From: the human T2T-CHM13v2.0 reference genome, Homo sapiens
Direction of reading: 5' to 3'
DNA: 64,000 nt
NCBI GenBank assembly: GCA_009914755.4
Contig: CP086569.2
Span: 2,688,001 to 2,752,000, forward strand
Shown here one piece after another: positions 44,172 through 58,589 of the stretch; position 1 is the stretch's first letter, and each line of letters opens with the position of its first letter. Under the pieces are notes generated by a model. The model did no database searches. It was not told where the DNA came from and was given only the letters and a program-made list of their open reading frames with translations. Both the position numbers and the translations under genes were made by a program.

Positions 44172-45378
44172 GATGTGATGTGATGTTGTGCTATCCCTGT
44201 TCCCCTAAGGATGGGGCTTCCTGAGATCCCGACTGCAGTGATTGGTAATGCCCTTCCATGTCTAGCTACTTTGCAGGGCTAGCAGGCTCCAGGATGTTGC
44301 TGGGGAATGTTTGCAGAGTCCTGTGATGTGATTCATCTTTAGGTTTCCCAGCCTTGGATACCAGCCCCTGCTCCAATGGAGGTGGCAGGGGAATGAGGTT
44401 GACTCTGTGGGAGTCCTTGGTTGTAGTTTTGTTTAATGCACTGGTTTTCTCAGATGTTGGTTATGCTAACAGTGAATTTTTCATGTGACAGACTCAGGTC
44501 CTCTGGTTAGCTAGGGTGTTATAGGTGGTGGAATTGGCTGTTGTTTTCTTTTTTGATGGAGCACGATATAGTCTTGTTATGAGTTGCTATAATGGCTTGA
44601 GTTGGTTGGCCTCCAGCCAGGAGGTGGTGCTTTCAAGAGAGCTCAAGCTCCAGTAGCAGAAGGGAGATATAAGCTTGCCCTATGTTGCCTATGATAAGTA
44701 TTCTAGTTTCTCAGAAAATGGGTGGTGCTACAGAGCTCCCCACAGTTCATGTCTTTTATCTTCAGCTACCAGGGTAGGGAGAGAAAAACCATCTGGTGGG
44801 GGCTGGGTTAGGTGTGTCTGAGCTCAGGCTCTTCTTGGGCAGGCCTTGCTATGGCCACTATGGAGGATGAGGGTATGGTTCTCAGGCCAATGGAGATATG
44901 TTCCCATTTGGATTATGGCTGCCACTGTGGCATCATACAGGTTGCCAGGGAAGTGGGCGAATGCCAGCAGTGACAGGCCTCAACCAGGTCCCATGCAGCC
45001 AGCAAGGCCATTCTCACTCCCACTGTGCCCCACCAGCAGCACCAAGTTTATATTCAGGTTATACCCAGGCCGCTGGTGAAAAGGGCTAACATCTTGCCAC
45101 AGGCTACAAGCCTCCCAGCTAATACAGCAAGCAGGGCTCTCAGGCCTCACCCCTCCTTGCCTGCCTGCACCATGGGTGCAGCTTTTGCGCTTGTGTCTGC
45201 ACTTCTCATTTTCCCCACACCCCCATGCCCCAGGATTCTGCCCAAAAAAATTCATGCTCTGTCAAAATTATTACAAAGTTCAGCTAGAAGTTTCTTTAAT
45301 TCTGAGGCCTCTCCCCAATTCCACTGGCTGCCCTCCCCAAGGGCCCGTGTGAGATAAAACCAGGAATGGTTCCCTGGG

Positions 45379-45583
45379 CTTGAGCTGGGGACCTGGAGTG
45401 CCCACAGGGCTCTTCCCACTGCTTCTTCTACTTTTATATTTCTCTCAGCTCCCTAAAACAATTTCAGTTCTAGGTAAGGTTGAATCTTTCTGCTGTGATT
45501 TAGATTTTCAGGTTCCCCAGTGGGGATGTGTGTTCGGAGGCACACTTTTTCCCCCTCACGCTTTGGGAACTCACAGTTTTTTG
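45379..45583. repeat. Direct repeat copy B (about 205 bp, roughly 93-95% identical to copy A), about 1.2 kb away
   Basis: gcttgagctggggacctggagtgcccacagggctcttcccactgcttcttctacttttatatttctctcagctccctaaaacaatttcagttctaggtaaggttgaatctttctgctgtgatttagattttcaggttccccagtggggatgtgtgttcggaggcacactttttccccctcacgctttgggaactcacagttttttg. Confidence 0.95.
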
Positions 45584-47589
45584 GCTGTCACATGGAGTTT
45601 GCAGTGGCAAACCACTTCTTTCAAAGGGTCTGTGAATTCTTTCCTGATGGTTAATATTTTTTATTAACACAGGCTGGTTAGGCTTAGTAACATCCTTAAT
45701 ATAGGTCAATCAAAGGAGTGGTCAAGTTTTTGTTATGAAAATAGTAACATAGCTCTGTGGAATGCAGACTGGAGGGAAAGAAAGAAATTATTAGCAGAAA
45801 AACTATTTATAAAGTTGCTTTAATAGTTTATAAGAAAAAGACATTAAGGCCTAAACAAGGAAAATGACAGTGTCACTTGAAAGGAGAGGTATCATTAGAC
45901 ATATTTCAGATTTTACCCAGACCACTTGATAATCAATTAGATAAGAAATTAAGGAGCATGAAAACTAACTTGGAATATTATTTTTAAAATAAACAGAAAT
46001 AAAGTGTGTAAAGAAGCTTACCTGGCATATAGTAGTACTTCAGTTAGTCCCAGTAATTATAATAATAACTATATTAATAAAATAAATAAAACTATTATAT
46101 TTATTGGTGGTAGAATGACATGAAGTAAAGAGAAGAAGACATAAAATCTATCCTTAAACATTTTGGAGGCTGTTACCTTTGCCATATAAATACTTGAGTC
46201 TTTGCTTAGAAACACTGCAGATTCAAGGATAGAAAAAAAACTAGTAAAAATCAGGGCATGAACAATAGTTACATCTCCTTTAATCATTTTGGACTTTCTT
46301 CCTTCTTTCTTCTTGACATTGCATCCATTATCTCTTGTTGCCCCTTTCCCTATTTTCTGCTTCTGTTCACATTTTCTTTACAACGGTTTCTAATAAAAAT
46401 TGCTTATTGCTACTTAGTCACCATTATTTTTCTTTGCACAATAAAAATATTCTGAGGGCAAATTTTGAAACTTGACATTTGTCAATAATCCTCCTGCTAG
46501 GAAAAGACCAAAATTGTTTTATCATCTTTTTTTCTAAAAAAAAAATCCCTTCTGTATTTAAATTATCTTATGTAGCAGGATTCAGGTCATTTTTCTACAA
46601 ATGAAAACTGCAAAACAACTGATATTGCCTATCTATAATCCACAGCACAAAGTCCAGATTTTGTTCTTTTCTATATAGGCTCTCTGAAATAATGTCAAAA
46701 TCTGACTTTTTTTTTTTTTTTGCCTTTTCTCTAAATGTTACCTCCCTTTTACCTCATCCAATGGCTACAAATATTGTTTTCCTTTTTTCTGAAAAAATCA
46801 TTCTCATGAGTGCCATGCTCTTTGCACATGCTCTTTCTTTGCCTGGGAAGCCCTTCACCAACTTTTAATACAGTGCAATCTAATTCTTATCCTTCAGCTC
46901 AACTAAATTCCATTTCCTTTGAGATGCCTCCTTTCATTTCTTCAAAGAGGGAACATATATGTTGCCACAGAACTTTTGCAAATCTGTATTATAGAACTTA
47001 ACACATTGTAGTTATTTGTAGACGTATTTGTCTCTTTCAGATTGAGCTACCAGAGAGAACGGGTGACATTCTAGTCATTTATATATTTCTTGAATGAAGC
47101 ACTCATCAGTATGATTAAGAGATAGTAGTTTCTTAGTTAATATGTGACAGCAGAAGAAGTGAATGAATAAGTAATTTAATGAAGTCTTATGACTGACACT
47201 GTGGTAGACACTGGGTTCCCTGTGCTTTTTTTGTAGTGCATATTCCTCTTTTCTTGTCAGACAGCATTCTTATTAAACTGAGAAGATAATCTAAAATGGC
47301 CTATAAATGCTTTCCAGAAGATCAAATAAATATTCCTATGTAAGGCCTAGGTGAAATTTATGAGGCTACAAGAATGGTGAAATGAGATCAGTCAGTCAAG
47401 TGTGGAGGAAAGTAATTACGGCTGGAAAAGATTTAAACTATTAGAATAGAGAAGACTGGATTAGAGAATATTAATATTCTAGAAAATAACAAGCTTATGA
47501 CAGGAATACTATATCAGAGTCAAGAGAAAACAAAAGTATAGGTAAAGACTGAATTTATCATAGCCCAAGACAAGGAGCAGGAACTGACA

Positions 47590-47760
47590 TTTAGTCAACA
47601 GTATTTATTGAGTCCCTACTATGTGTGCCAAAATAAAAAATTAACTAAGTACTGGGTAACAGATAAAGAAATGATTATGAAAGCTGGCAAATAGGAAGTG
47701 AGAGATGAAACTAAAGATTTAGTTTTACTTGCACACTGACCTTGCAATTTCCCCAATGTA
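47590..47760 (-). mobile_element. Probable MIR (ancient SINE) fragment
   Basis: acagtatttattgagtccctactatgtgtgccaa resembles the reverse complement of the MIR core (catttattgagcgcttactatgtgccaggcac). The downstream text ...gagagatgaaactaaag...acttgcacactgacctt is loosely like agatgaggaaactgagg...acttgcccaaggtcaca. Confidence 0.45.
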
Positions 47761-50700
47761 ATTTTGTCTGATCTGAGTTGTGGCAAGATATCCTGTTTTT
47801 TGTACTTACAGGTATTCCTGCTGAGAGTCATTTCCTGTGCTGGATTTACCATCACAGGGACCAGATTTATAGAAAAATGAACATGTATTGTTGCTAAATG
47901 GAGTTGGTCATGGAGTGGAAACTAACAATATGTTCACCTGTAAGTTTTTAAGTGCTGTGCCAAGAAAGCCTCTTTGGAGGCCATTGCCATAATCTACTGT
48001 TTACATTTGTGCATTTAGTTTCCGGGAAATATTTTTTAAACCTATCCTAGGAGCTATTCAGAACCATAGAGGCTATTTCAGTTCCCCTATCGACTGTGAA
48101 ATGGAGATCTACATTCAAAATTTAGCCTGAGTTCTTTAGAATCCTAGTGCATGCAATTGTGAGCTCTAAAACAATGTGGTTATATCTGCTTTGGGAAATC
48201 TAGTATTCAAGTAGCTAAATTTAGAGTTTTTGCCATTATAGAAGAAGTGTTAACTGTGCAAAATCATTTGCTAATGAGTATCAAGCTTTCTGGGAACGTT
48301 TATATGATCTGTAACAGTAAACAAACTACACACAATTTTCAGGGTGTTACGTATATTTGCCCAAAGTGGATTATCTGTAATATCTACACTAACTTAACTA
48401 TCATTTATTTTCTGATATCAGAAGATTTCAGATTTAACTTTTAATTAGGCATTTTTTCTATGAGGAAGGTTGAGCTGAAGGATAAATGAAACATAATTGC
48501 TTTATTATGTGTTACCTATCAGGCAAGTTACCTTTGAGTTACTAGCACTCGCATGAGAGCAATGAAGCTGAAAACATTTTAGGGAAAATTCAAATAGGTT
48601 GGCATAGCTGGTATGTTTGGGGCTGATAAAGAGGTTGATGAAGAAGAGCTAGGAAGCACATAATGTAAGTCAAACCTGAGTTGAAGAAACAGAGATTTGT
48701 GCTCTGAGAACTTATTGGAGGACCAGCAACCTTGCTCACAGGGTTACGCCTTCAGTGCTATTGAAAGCACATACTTGGGACTTAACATCTGATAGTTAAG
48801 AAAGATAATCTGATAATAAGAAGTTTTAGTATTAAAAAATAGGCATTTTAAGCTCCTATGTTTAATGGTTCCTGGATAGAAAACCATTGCTGTTTTTTTC
48901 CCCCTCTGGATATGTAGAAATTAACGGGAAAGTTGTTTGAACAACAGTATGCTACACCTTGAATCTATTTTAGGAACATTCTTTCATGGCATATATTCAC
49001 TTGATCATAAAAGGTGGTTCTCATTCAGGCAGATAAACAAAAAGCACAAAAAAGAAAATTAGATGACTGCCAATGTACATCAGACATAAATTACTGTCAT
49101 TAAGAATTACTGTAAAAAGAGATCACACATTGTGTAGTTAAATATTTAATTCTTCTTGTATCCTGAGATACCAGTTAATATTCTTTCCTTTTAGCATAGA
49201 ACTTAATTTGGTAGTTTCTTCTGGGTCCTAGGAATAAAGAATGCACTGATATTCATTGATGCTCACTACTAGATTTTAAAGCAGACTATTACTTAAAAGC
49301 ATTTGGCTAATTGTCAAATGCAAGTAAAATTACTTTGGTTCTTTTTGTAATGGAAATTGAAACGCCATATTAGAGTATTTGATCAAAGAAAAGGAAAAAT
49401 GTGGTAAGAAAACACTTCTATAGCAATGAGGTAGGGTTTTCAATAAGATTATTAATATTGTGACTCAGGGACATTACTAAAAAATTAAAAATAAGATTAT
49501 GAATAAAATAAGCATACTAGAATACAATCTAAAATAATCTTTAAATGTCATGATTCATGTTATACAAAGCCCTGCAGTCCAGGATAGTTAAATCTTTTGC
49601 TCTTGTCTGTGAACATTACTTATCACCGGATTTGGAACAACAGGTTTTGTTTTTGGTTTTATGCTTTGTTTTCCACTTCTACCATGGAAAATGTTTAATT
49701 CTTTAGATGCTTTCTCACATTTTTCTAATACTAAATTTTTAGAAAATAGTGAATTATGACTTTTACTCCAAAGTGTAGAAGGAATACTTGCCTTAGGAAA
49801 AAACAGTTTTGCTTTATCAGGAATGCCTTCTGAGGAGTTTTACATGTCCCTTAATAAATTGCACCTATATCCCACTGCCTAATTTCTGAACAAATTGAAA
49901 AATAAAGACATTGCTATTCAAGAACCAAGATATCACCTTATAGATGATAAAAATCAAAAGTGATGGGTGCAGCTTAGCGTAAAATCCACAAGTGCTACCT
50001 ACTGAATGCCAGAAGTAGAAGGTCTTGGCCAGTAGAAGGCAGTATTGAACCAGTACCCACCAGATATGTGTTGATGAAGGGAACACTCTGGAAGAGTAAT
50101 GTAATTCCAAGCAGGGAAAAAAAATGAAGCTAAGTTATTCTTCTCAGTTTCACCAATTAGTTAAATCATCCTCCATTACCTGGGGACAGAATGAGTAAAG
50201 AAGCAAGCCAATGCCAGAAATGTGTTTGGAAAAACATGTGGGGAGAGATTAAGTCTGTACCTTACCAATTGTGAGAAATCATTGATATTATAAATTTCAA
50301 TTTAAAAATATTAATAAACTCTATTTTTGAGAAGTTTTTAGGTTTACAGGAAAATTGAGAGAAAAGTACAGAGTTGTAATACACTCCATGTCACCGTCCA
50401 CTCTGACCCCCAGCAATTAGCAATTTATCTTGTTATTAACATATTTAGTTTTTGTGATACATTGATTATAATGGATGCGCTAATATTGATACATTATAAT
50501 TAAACTCCATAGTGACATCAGAGTTCACTCTTGCATATAGTATGTGTTTTGACAAATGTTTAATAACATGTATCTACTCTTATAGTATCATACACAATAG
50601 TTTTACTGCCCTAAAGCTTCCCTGTGTACCATCTATTCATCCTTTTCTAACTCCATTGAAAGCCCTTGATAACTGCAGATCCTTTAATATCTCCATAGTT

Positions 50701-50787
50701 TGGCCGTTCCCACCCAGAATGTCATATGGTTAAAATCAAGTACTACACAGCATTTTCAGTTTCTTTCACTTAACAATATGTACTTGA

Positions 50788-51103
<316 letters not shown>

Positions 51104-51433
51104 TTTTTTGTATTTTCATGGCTTGATAGCCCATTTCTTTTTATCATTAAATAATATTTTACTATATGGATATACAACACTGTGTTTATCCATTCACTTA
51201 GTGAAGGACATATTGGTTACTTCCAGGTTTGGGAAATTATGAAAAAGATTATTATAAACATTTTTGCACACGTGTTTGTGGGGATGTCAGTTTTTAACAT
51301 ATTTGGGTAAATAGTTTTGAAAGAAACTATGACATTGTCTTCCAAAGTGCCTGTATTACTTTGCATTAGTACCAGCAATGCAAAGGACTTCCTATTACTC
51401 CACCTCTTTGCCAGCATTTGGTGTGATTGGAGG

Positions 51434-51459
51434 TTTTTTTTTTTTTTTTTTTTTTTTTT
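51434..51459. repeat. T26 homopolymer (expansion of a T-rich site inside the L1M antisense sequence)
   Basis: gtgtgattggagg(T)26gccattctaatag. The L1M consensus here has about tcagtctttttaattttagccattctag. Confidence 0.9.
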
Positions 51460-52830
51460 GCCATTCTAATAGATATGTATTAGTATCTTGTTGTTTTAAT
51501 TTTCAGTTCACTAATAGCATATGTTGCTGAACACCTTTTCATAGGCTTATTTGCCATTTATGTGTCTTCTTTGGTCAGGTGCCTGCCACATGTTTTGCTA
51601 ATGTGTTAATTAGGTCGTTTGTGTTCTTATCTTTAAGTTCAAATAGTTTATTATGTGTATTTGAATATCAGTCCTTTATCAGGTATGTCCTTTGAAAAGA
51701 TTTTCTCCCACTCTGTGGCTTATCTTTTCATTCTCTTGTATTTTTCAGAGCAGAAGTTTTTAATTTAAATAAAGCTCAACTATATATATTTTTTATTTTA
51801 TGGATTTTGCTTTTGGTGTTGTAGCTAAGAAGTCATTGCCAAATCCAAGATCACCTAGATTTTCTCCTATGTTGTCTTTTAAAGTGTAATAGTTTTGTTC
51901 TATATTTAGGTTTATGGTCCACTAAAGTTAATTTTTATGAAAGATATAAGACCTGTGTCTAGATTTGTTTTTGTTTTTGTTTGCATGTGAATGTTTGTTC
52001 CAACACTACTTTTTAAAAGTCTATACTTTCTCTACTGAAGCACATTCACATATTTTTGTCACGGATCAGTTGACTATATTTGTATGAATCTATTTCAGAG
52101 CTCTCTATTCTACCTGTATGTCTATCATTTTACCAATACTACACTGTCTTGATTATTCTGACTTAGCTATTAGTCCTGAAGTCAGCTAATGTAAGTTCTC
52201 CTATTTTTTCTTCTCCTTCAGTGTACCGTTGTCTCCTCTGGGTCTTTTGCTTTTCCACATACAATTTAGAATCAGTTTGTCAATATCCACAAAATAACGG
52301 TCTGGGGATTTTATAAATGTCAGGCTTAAGTTTTCCTGTTTTTTTTTTATTATTATTATTTTGTGCTCTTCAACCGCCACATTCCCATTAGCAGAAATGT
52401 GACTAAGAGATCAAGAGGAAAATATACAGAAAATTATCATTTTAAGAACATTTGAATGGTGATGTCTAAATTTCTACTTTGCTACACAGGTCTTGATAAA
52501 TTACATTAGAGTTGATCAAATATAATACTTCTTAGGAAAGAGGATGTACTTTGGTATTTATATGTGTGTTTAAAAATGTCACAATGAAAATATAAATGCA
52601 GTATATATCTTTCTTGGACAAAAATCAATATGCCACTTTGAGAGTCTTGACTGGCAGAAAATATCATATCAAAAATCACATCAAGATAGAATTTATTTTC
52701 TATTAGAAATGCTCTTATTCAGTCAGCGCTATCTGATTCTGCTTTATTTTTCCATTACGGTAGATTAATCCTGAACTTCTTCCTTAACTCTAATGAAATC
52801 TCATGTTACATTTTATGTAAATATTCAGGC

Positions 52831-52852
52831 ATATATATATTATATATATATA
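52831..52852. repeat. (TA)n microsatellite
   Basis: atatatatattatatatatata. Confidence 0.9.
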
Positions 52853-52942
52853 AAATTATCATATTTCATTGTAATACCTGTTTTTGCCATTTTGGCTGTG
52901 TTTATCTAAATATAATTATATTTTATTTTTACTAATCTTTTG

Positions 52943-52967
52943 AGTGTGTGTGTATGTGTGTGTGTGT
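52943..52967. repeat. (TG)n microsatellite (interrupted)
   Basis: gtgtgtgtgtatgtgtgtgtgtgtgt. Confidence 0.9.
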
Positions 52968-54194
52968 CCTTCAGTTAAGTTCTTGGCAATCCCTGGATGT
53001 ATTATTTTGTTTCTGTTTCCTATTTTTCAATAACTATATGTTAATTATAACATTAACAATTACACTTAAAATGGATGACCAACTACATTTCAATCAAACA
53101 CAACTTGTTGCTTCTGTGCATGGATAGAATTTTGAACTTTAACATTGTTTCTGACAAAAAAAAACATTAACTCTTTGCAGATAATGTAAATCCAGTTGAT
53201 AAAATAACATGCAGATTTGATTCCTGCTTACACAGAGAAAAGATTTGTTAAGATTGGCAAAAAGAAAACTTGACCATTGTTATCTGGCATTTTAAAACTA
53301 ATAACCAATCTTGTCTTACTTTTATTCAGTCTAACCTTTATTTCATATTAATTAAAATAAAGCAAAACAAAACATAATTATAAATGCAGAGATATTGCTG
53401 AATGAAATTGTCTCTGAAAATAGATCACTGAAATTTGGAGAAGAAACAAAGATCATAGATAGTAAGAAGAAAGAAACAATTGTTAATTTATAGGTGGATG
53501 ATACCATTAATATTATCTTAAATATAAAAATTATTTGCACGTCTGCATCTGATTCTAGGAAAGTATATATTTTCAATCAATGTTGGTATATATACATATA
53601 TATAGTATTTTGAAACAACATAATTATTTCCCAAAGTATTTTTGTTGTTCTTTTTCCCTTAAGCCCATGTATGATTCTTGTTTAGAAGGTGAAAGCTCAA
53701 CATTTTGTAGAATTTAATATTAATGTATTATATCTCTACAAGGATTTATAATTTTCAAAACAATGAATTAGTAAACAATAAAGCAACAACTTCTAACTCA
53801 TATTTTTCTACATTTGAATGGATGGATAATTGTGAGCACTGTCTTCTCAACCACTTGGAAAAGAGCTCTGCATTGGAGTCTCATCTTCTCACCATGTACT
53901 TTAAGAATAGAGAACATGTGGTACATGGCATTTAAGAGATGGTGAAACAATTGGAAATAGTCAAAAATCCATTCATTGTGTAGAGACGAATCAAGTGTCT
54001 CATGACATTTCATTTAAGGCTGTCTCTGATTTTGACTCTACTAATTTTGTGCATCAGGTTGACTTCATTCATTTTCTGTAATTTAAGGGTAACATTTCTA
54101 ATAAGACTTCCGCTGAGTTGATATAATTAAGTAAGAAACAAAATATTAAGTTACTGTTAAAGGTGTGTGTTTTCTTTTGTTTTGTTCTGTTTTG

Positions 54195-54407
54195 TTTTGA
54201 GACCACAGTCTTGCTCTGTCACCCAGGCTGGAGTTCTGTGGCGTGATCTCGGCTCACTGCGACCATGGCCAGCTAATTTTTGTATTTTTAGTAGAGATGG
54301 GGTTTCTCCATGTTGGCCTGGCTGGTCTTGAACTCCTGGCTTCAAGGGTCCACCTGACTCAGCCTCCCAAAATGCTGGAATTGCAGATGTGAACCACCGT
54401 GCCTGAT
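54195..54407 (-). mobile_element. Alu SINE with an internal deletion of about 70-80 bp, - strand
   Basis: gagaccacagtcttgctctgtcacccaggctggagttctgtggcgtgatctcggctcactgcgaccatggccagctaatttttgtatttttagtagagatggggtttctccatgttggcctggctggtcttgaactcctggcttcaagggtccacctgactcagcctcccaaaatgctggaattgcagatgtgaaccaccgtgcctg. The block cctccgcctcccgggttcaagcgattctcctgcctcagcctcccgagtagctgggattacaggc is missing between cactgc and gccagctaattttt. Confidence 0.85.
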
Positions 54408-55201
54408 CAAAGGTGTGGTTTTTCTTAAATGTGTTTTTAATGGATCAGAGGAGAAGCCAGGTAAGGACACTATTCTGTACTTGCTCTGACTTTCTTTAAT
54501 CTCAGCAAACTATTTCCATACTCTAGTTGAATCAGTATAGATCAAGTGAATGGCCAAAAATATCATCAATTCATGTTAATGATACAATTGTGTCCTATGA
54601 GGTTTGTTGTTTTTAGTTTTATTTTTGCTTCTTTTTCTGGGCTTCAAGTTTATGCTTTCTATGCACTTTAGTAAAAATCATTGTGTGACCAAGAGAAGCA
54701 CAAATATTGCTGTCCAAACTGGTCACGCTTCTCCTTCATTTGCCAATATTCACAGACGTATAACTTGGTACCCAAAAACTCTCTCAAGGCTTAGGTATCT
54801 AAAGTTTCTAGTCTATCAGTGTTCTTAAGAATTAAAAAGTTATCATTTATTAGAATATTAGAAATTTTATTAGAGATAAATTTATGCCATTCCATAATGC
54901 ATCTTGCCTAAGTTATTTGAGTAGCCAATAACAATAGAAGGAATATAAACAAGTAACCCAGAATGTCCCTTGAATTTAGCATTACACGTACAAAATGTTT
55001 AGTATACAATTTTGCCAACATATTTCAGCTCATAGACATATTATAACATGTTATATATATGTATAATGTAAATTAAGAAAACCTATATTTATTTTGTTAT
55101 GGCTAATTCTCAGAAAATAAAAGTAAATAAGTCTCTTGGGAGCCAAACTGAAAGTTGAGGGTTTCAAAAATGGTGTTATTTTGCCGAGAAATGAAATATA
55201 A

Positions 55202-55507
<306 letters not shown>

Positions 55508-58500
55508 TAAACAATCATTTTTAAAGAAATGTAAGGCCTATATTTGATTAGGAGAACCAAGTCTCCTCCTACATCATGAGCCTAACTCTGAATGACCAGA
55601 CACAGAAGTCTACTGCTGAAAGTTGTATGATCATAGAGAGAGACTCCTACAGAATTAACAGAACTATTCATGATCCTTTGAAAGTTGAGGGTGAAGCAAG
55701 CATATTGACAAAACTCTCCAGCACTCTAGGATTCACACTAAGCAAGAGGTAGCAGCAGACTCACTGCTGGAGGAATTTGAAGTTTGTGGTACAATGAAAG
55801 TAACCATAGCAACAACAAAATCCAAACTGAGCTCAATTCCAGATGTGGCTGAACCAACTTCCTTCTCTTTCCCTAACCACCTCACAGTCTGTATGAAATA
55901 AACACTAAAGCCTTGACAGATGAATACACATAATTTTCCAGTTGGTTGTTTTAAAGGTGTACTTGTCACTGCAGGAAGATATAACACTCATTTAACAGTA
56001 TAACATTTAATGTTCAGATTTATGTCAAGCAGGCTCCCAATTTTACTTTTGCTCTGTGTGTATTCTTGCACATATTATGCCCAACTCTAGATCTCAGAAA
56101 ACTATGTGGCACCAATAGCTAGCATGAAATTGAAATGCTATAGATGGACATCTATGTTGTCTCTATCTCTGTTACCACAGATTACTTCTCTGTTTGTTTT
56201 TTTTTTCTAACTGAGCAAGATAATTCATAGCTCTTTGTGCTCCTGGCAGAAGTTTATTTCTTTTTAAATATTTCCCCCAGGCATAGAGTTACTCAATCAT
56301 AAGAATCCTCAATTGTACTAAATACTTTGATAATGACTTCCAAAATGGCCACAGCAGTTTTAATTCCCAATGACTATATATTAAGGGTTGCTGTTCCCCC
56401 AACCTTCACCATTTGAAACTACTTGACTTTCCATTTTCCTCCTAGTAATACTAACGCAGCACATGTGTTGCTTTACATTTCACCATTTCAATTACTGGTG
56501 ATGTTTACCATCTTTTCACATAATTGTTGGTCATTTCTGTGACCCCCTCCATTCACTCAGTATTATCTAAGCGACTATTTTCTGCCAAGCTTTGCACTAG
56601 GCAACTAGTGATCAAACAGTGAACAATTTATTCATATTGGTTGCCTGTTTTTTGTGTTACTGTGTTTTCTTTTGCACCTTCTGTCTTTTTATGGTGGATT
56701 TGGGAGAATTATTTGCATGTATTAGATATTAATCTTTTATTGGTCATCAACACTGCAAAGTTTATCTCAGTCTCTATTACCTGTTTATTTGATTTTCTTC
56801 TTTGAATAGAAATGGAATCCTCATTTTTAAATAGCACGCAAGATAATTCCAATGTAGATGGTTCTTTACAATAGCTGGAGAACTCTTGGTTCTGGATTTG
56901 TTCTCATTTATCCATGTTTTAGAAAGCATATATGTGAAAGTAATATATTTAGAAGGCAGTGACAAAAGTCTGCTTTCTACTTGAAGAGAGCAGCATCTTT
57001 CTGGAACAGCTAATGCAGAGGATTCTGAACCAGGAAATACTGTTCTATTCAATTAAATTTCCTTATATTAATATGTTGAAACAAGAGCATGTCATAACCA
57101 GTGTAATGAATGTTGTGTCTTTTTTAAAACCTCTAATGTAATTATATTGCCTTTAGTGTCTGAAAATGTGTTACTATTCTAAATCAAATGATTCCACCAT
57201 CATTTTCATTTTCATTAGTTTTAATTCTTTTTATAATCAGTGGATCTTCTGAAAGCCGTCATAACCTAATATCAGAAACCAGATAGAGTATGGCTCTCTC
57301 AAAGTGTTATCAGGGCACCTAATATCTTCAAATTATTTTGGGTTTTATTTAAGCACTATTACTCTTTTTGGCTAAAGTTTTATGTGACTATGAAAGCATA
57401 AATACCTTTTTTGATACTTATTTCAGTTTTGAAGACCAACTTATGTTTTCCTATGAGAAATATTTTGCATCTATTATATTATGCTTTCTAGGCCTAATTT
57501 ATTTGAAGAAAATATAATAATTAGGTGGAAAAGAAATATTGTCAAGTGTTCTTCAACTTAATTTTTGTTAAAATCACAATTTGACATTAAAGTCTAAAAT
57601 CTGTCTTGCTTCTCATGAAGGTAAGTCCCCATAATTTCTTTTCTGTGATATATACCTAAGCAATACCTTAAAACGATACTTTAACTGGGTTCAAAAATCA
57701 ATTTGAACTCAAAAAAGGCAGTTGAATTTTGTCAAATAACTTCTCTTTGTAGCTATTTAATGCTAAGTGATAAGTTTAACAGATGTGTTTACTCCTTTCT
57801 ATTTATTTTGGTAAGGTTTACACACAAACAATATTTACTTTTACAGTTGTTTGTTTATGCCCTAGCTAAAGCTTCTTCAATGTACAATAAGGGGACACCT
57901 TTCACTACCAGATATCCCACATTAATCTCTATTACTACCAGTTTGCCTTTAGCCTGAATGTTTCTTAGGACAAACATTAACAGCAGCAGCATTTAGAGAT
58001 CCCCCTAACAACAGGTATCCCTCTAGACAAAAAGACTTGGCTTATAAGCATATGGAACAAGTTTTGGTATAACCGAGGTCATTGTACTGTAAATCTATTG
58101 AGATACATGAAGAGGGATAACTAAACATAGGAATACTTAATTTTTTTTGTAGTGTATCAGTTAGGTTTTTCTTCTGTGTAACAATGTACTCCAATGCTAT
58201 ATGGCTTAAAATAACAACAATTTTAATTAATTATTGTGCTAGTTGAAAAAGCAAACTATTCTGAGTTGGTTGGTTCCATGTGGGTTCATCCTTGGCATCA
58301 TGGCCAGCTGTTGGGTTGACTGGGGGCTGGTTGGTTTAGGAAACTGAGCTGGAACAGTATATCTTTGCTCTATGTTGTCTCTCATCCTCCAGCAGCCTTA
58401 TGCACAGGCTTGTTCACAAGGCAACTGGACAAGTTTTCAGGGAACAAATAGAAGCCTAGGAAACTTAAAGCTCAGGCTCAGAAGTGGTACATAGTTACTT

Positions 58501-58589
58501 ATCCTGCATTTGATTGGTCAAAGCAAGTCACAATGCAGGTTCAGAGTCAAAAGAAGGGAAAATAGATTATACCTCTTGTTGGGAGAAAC

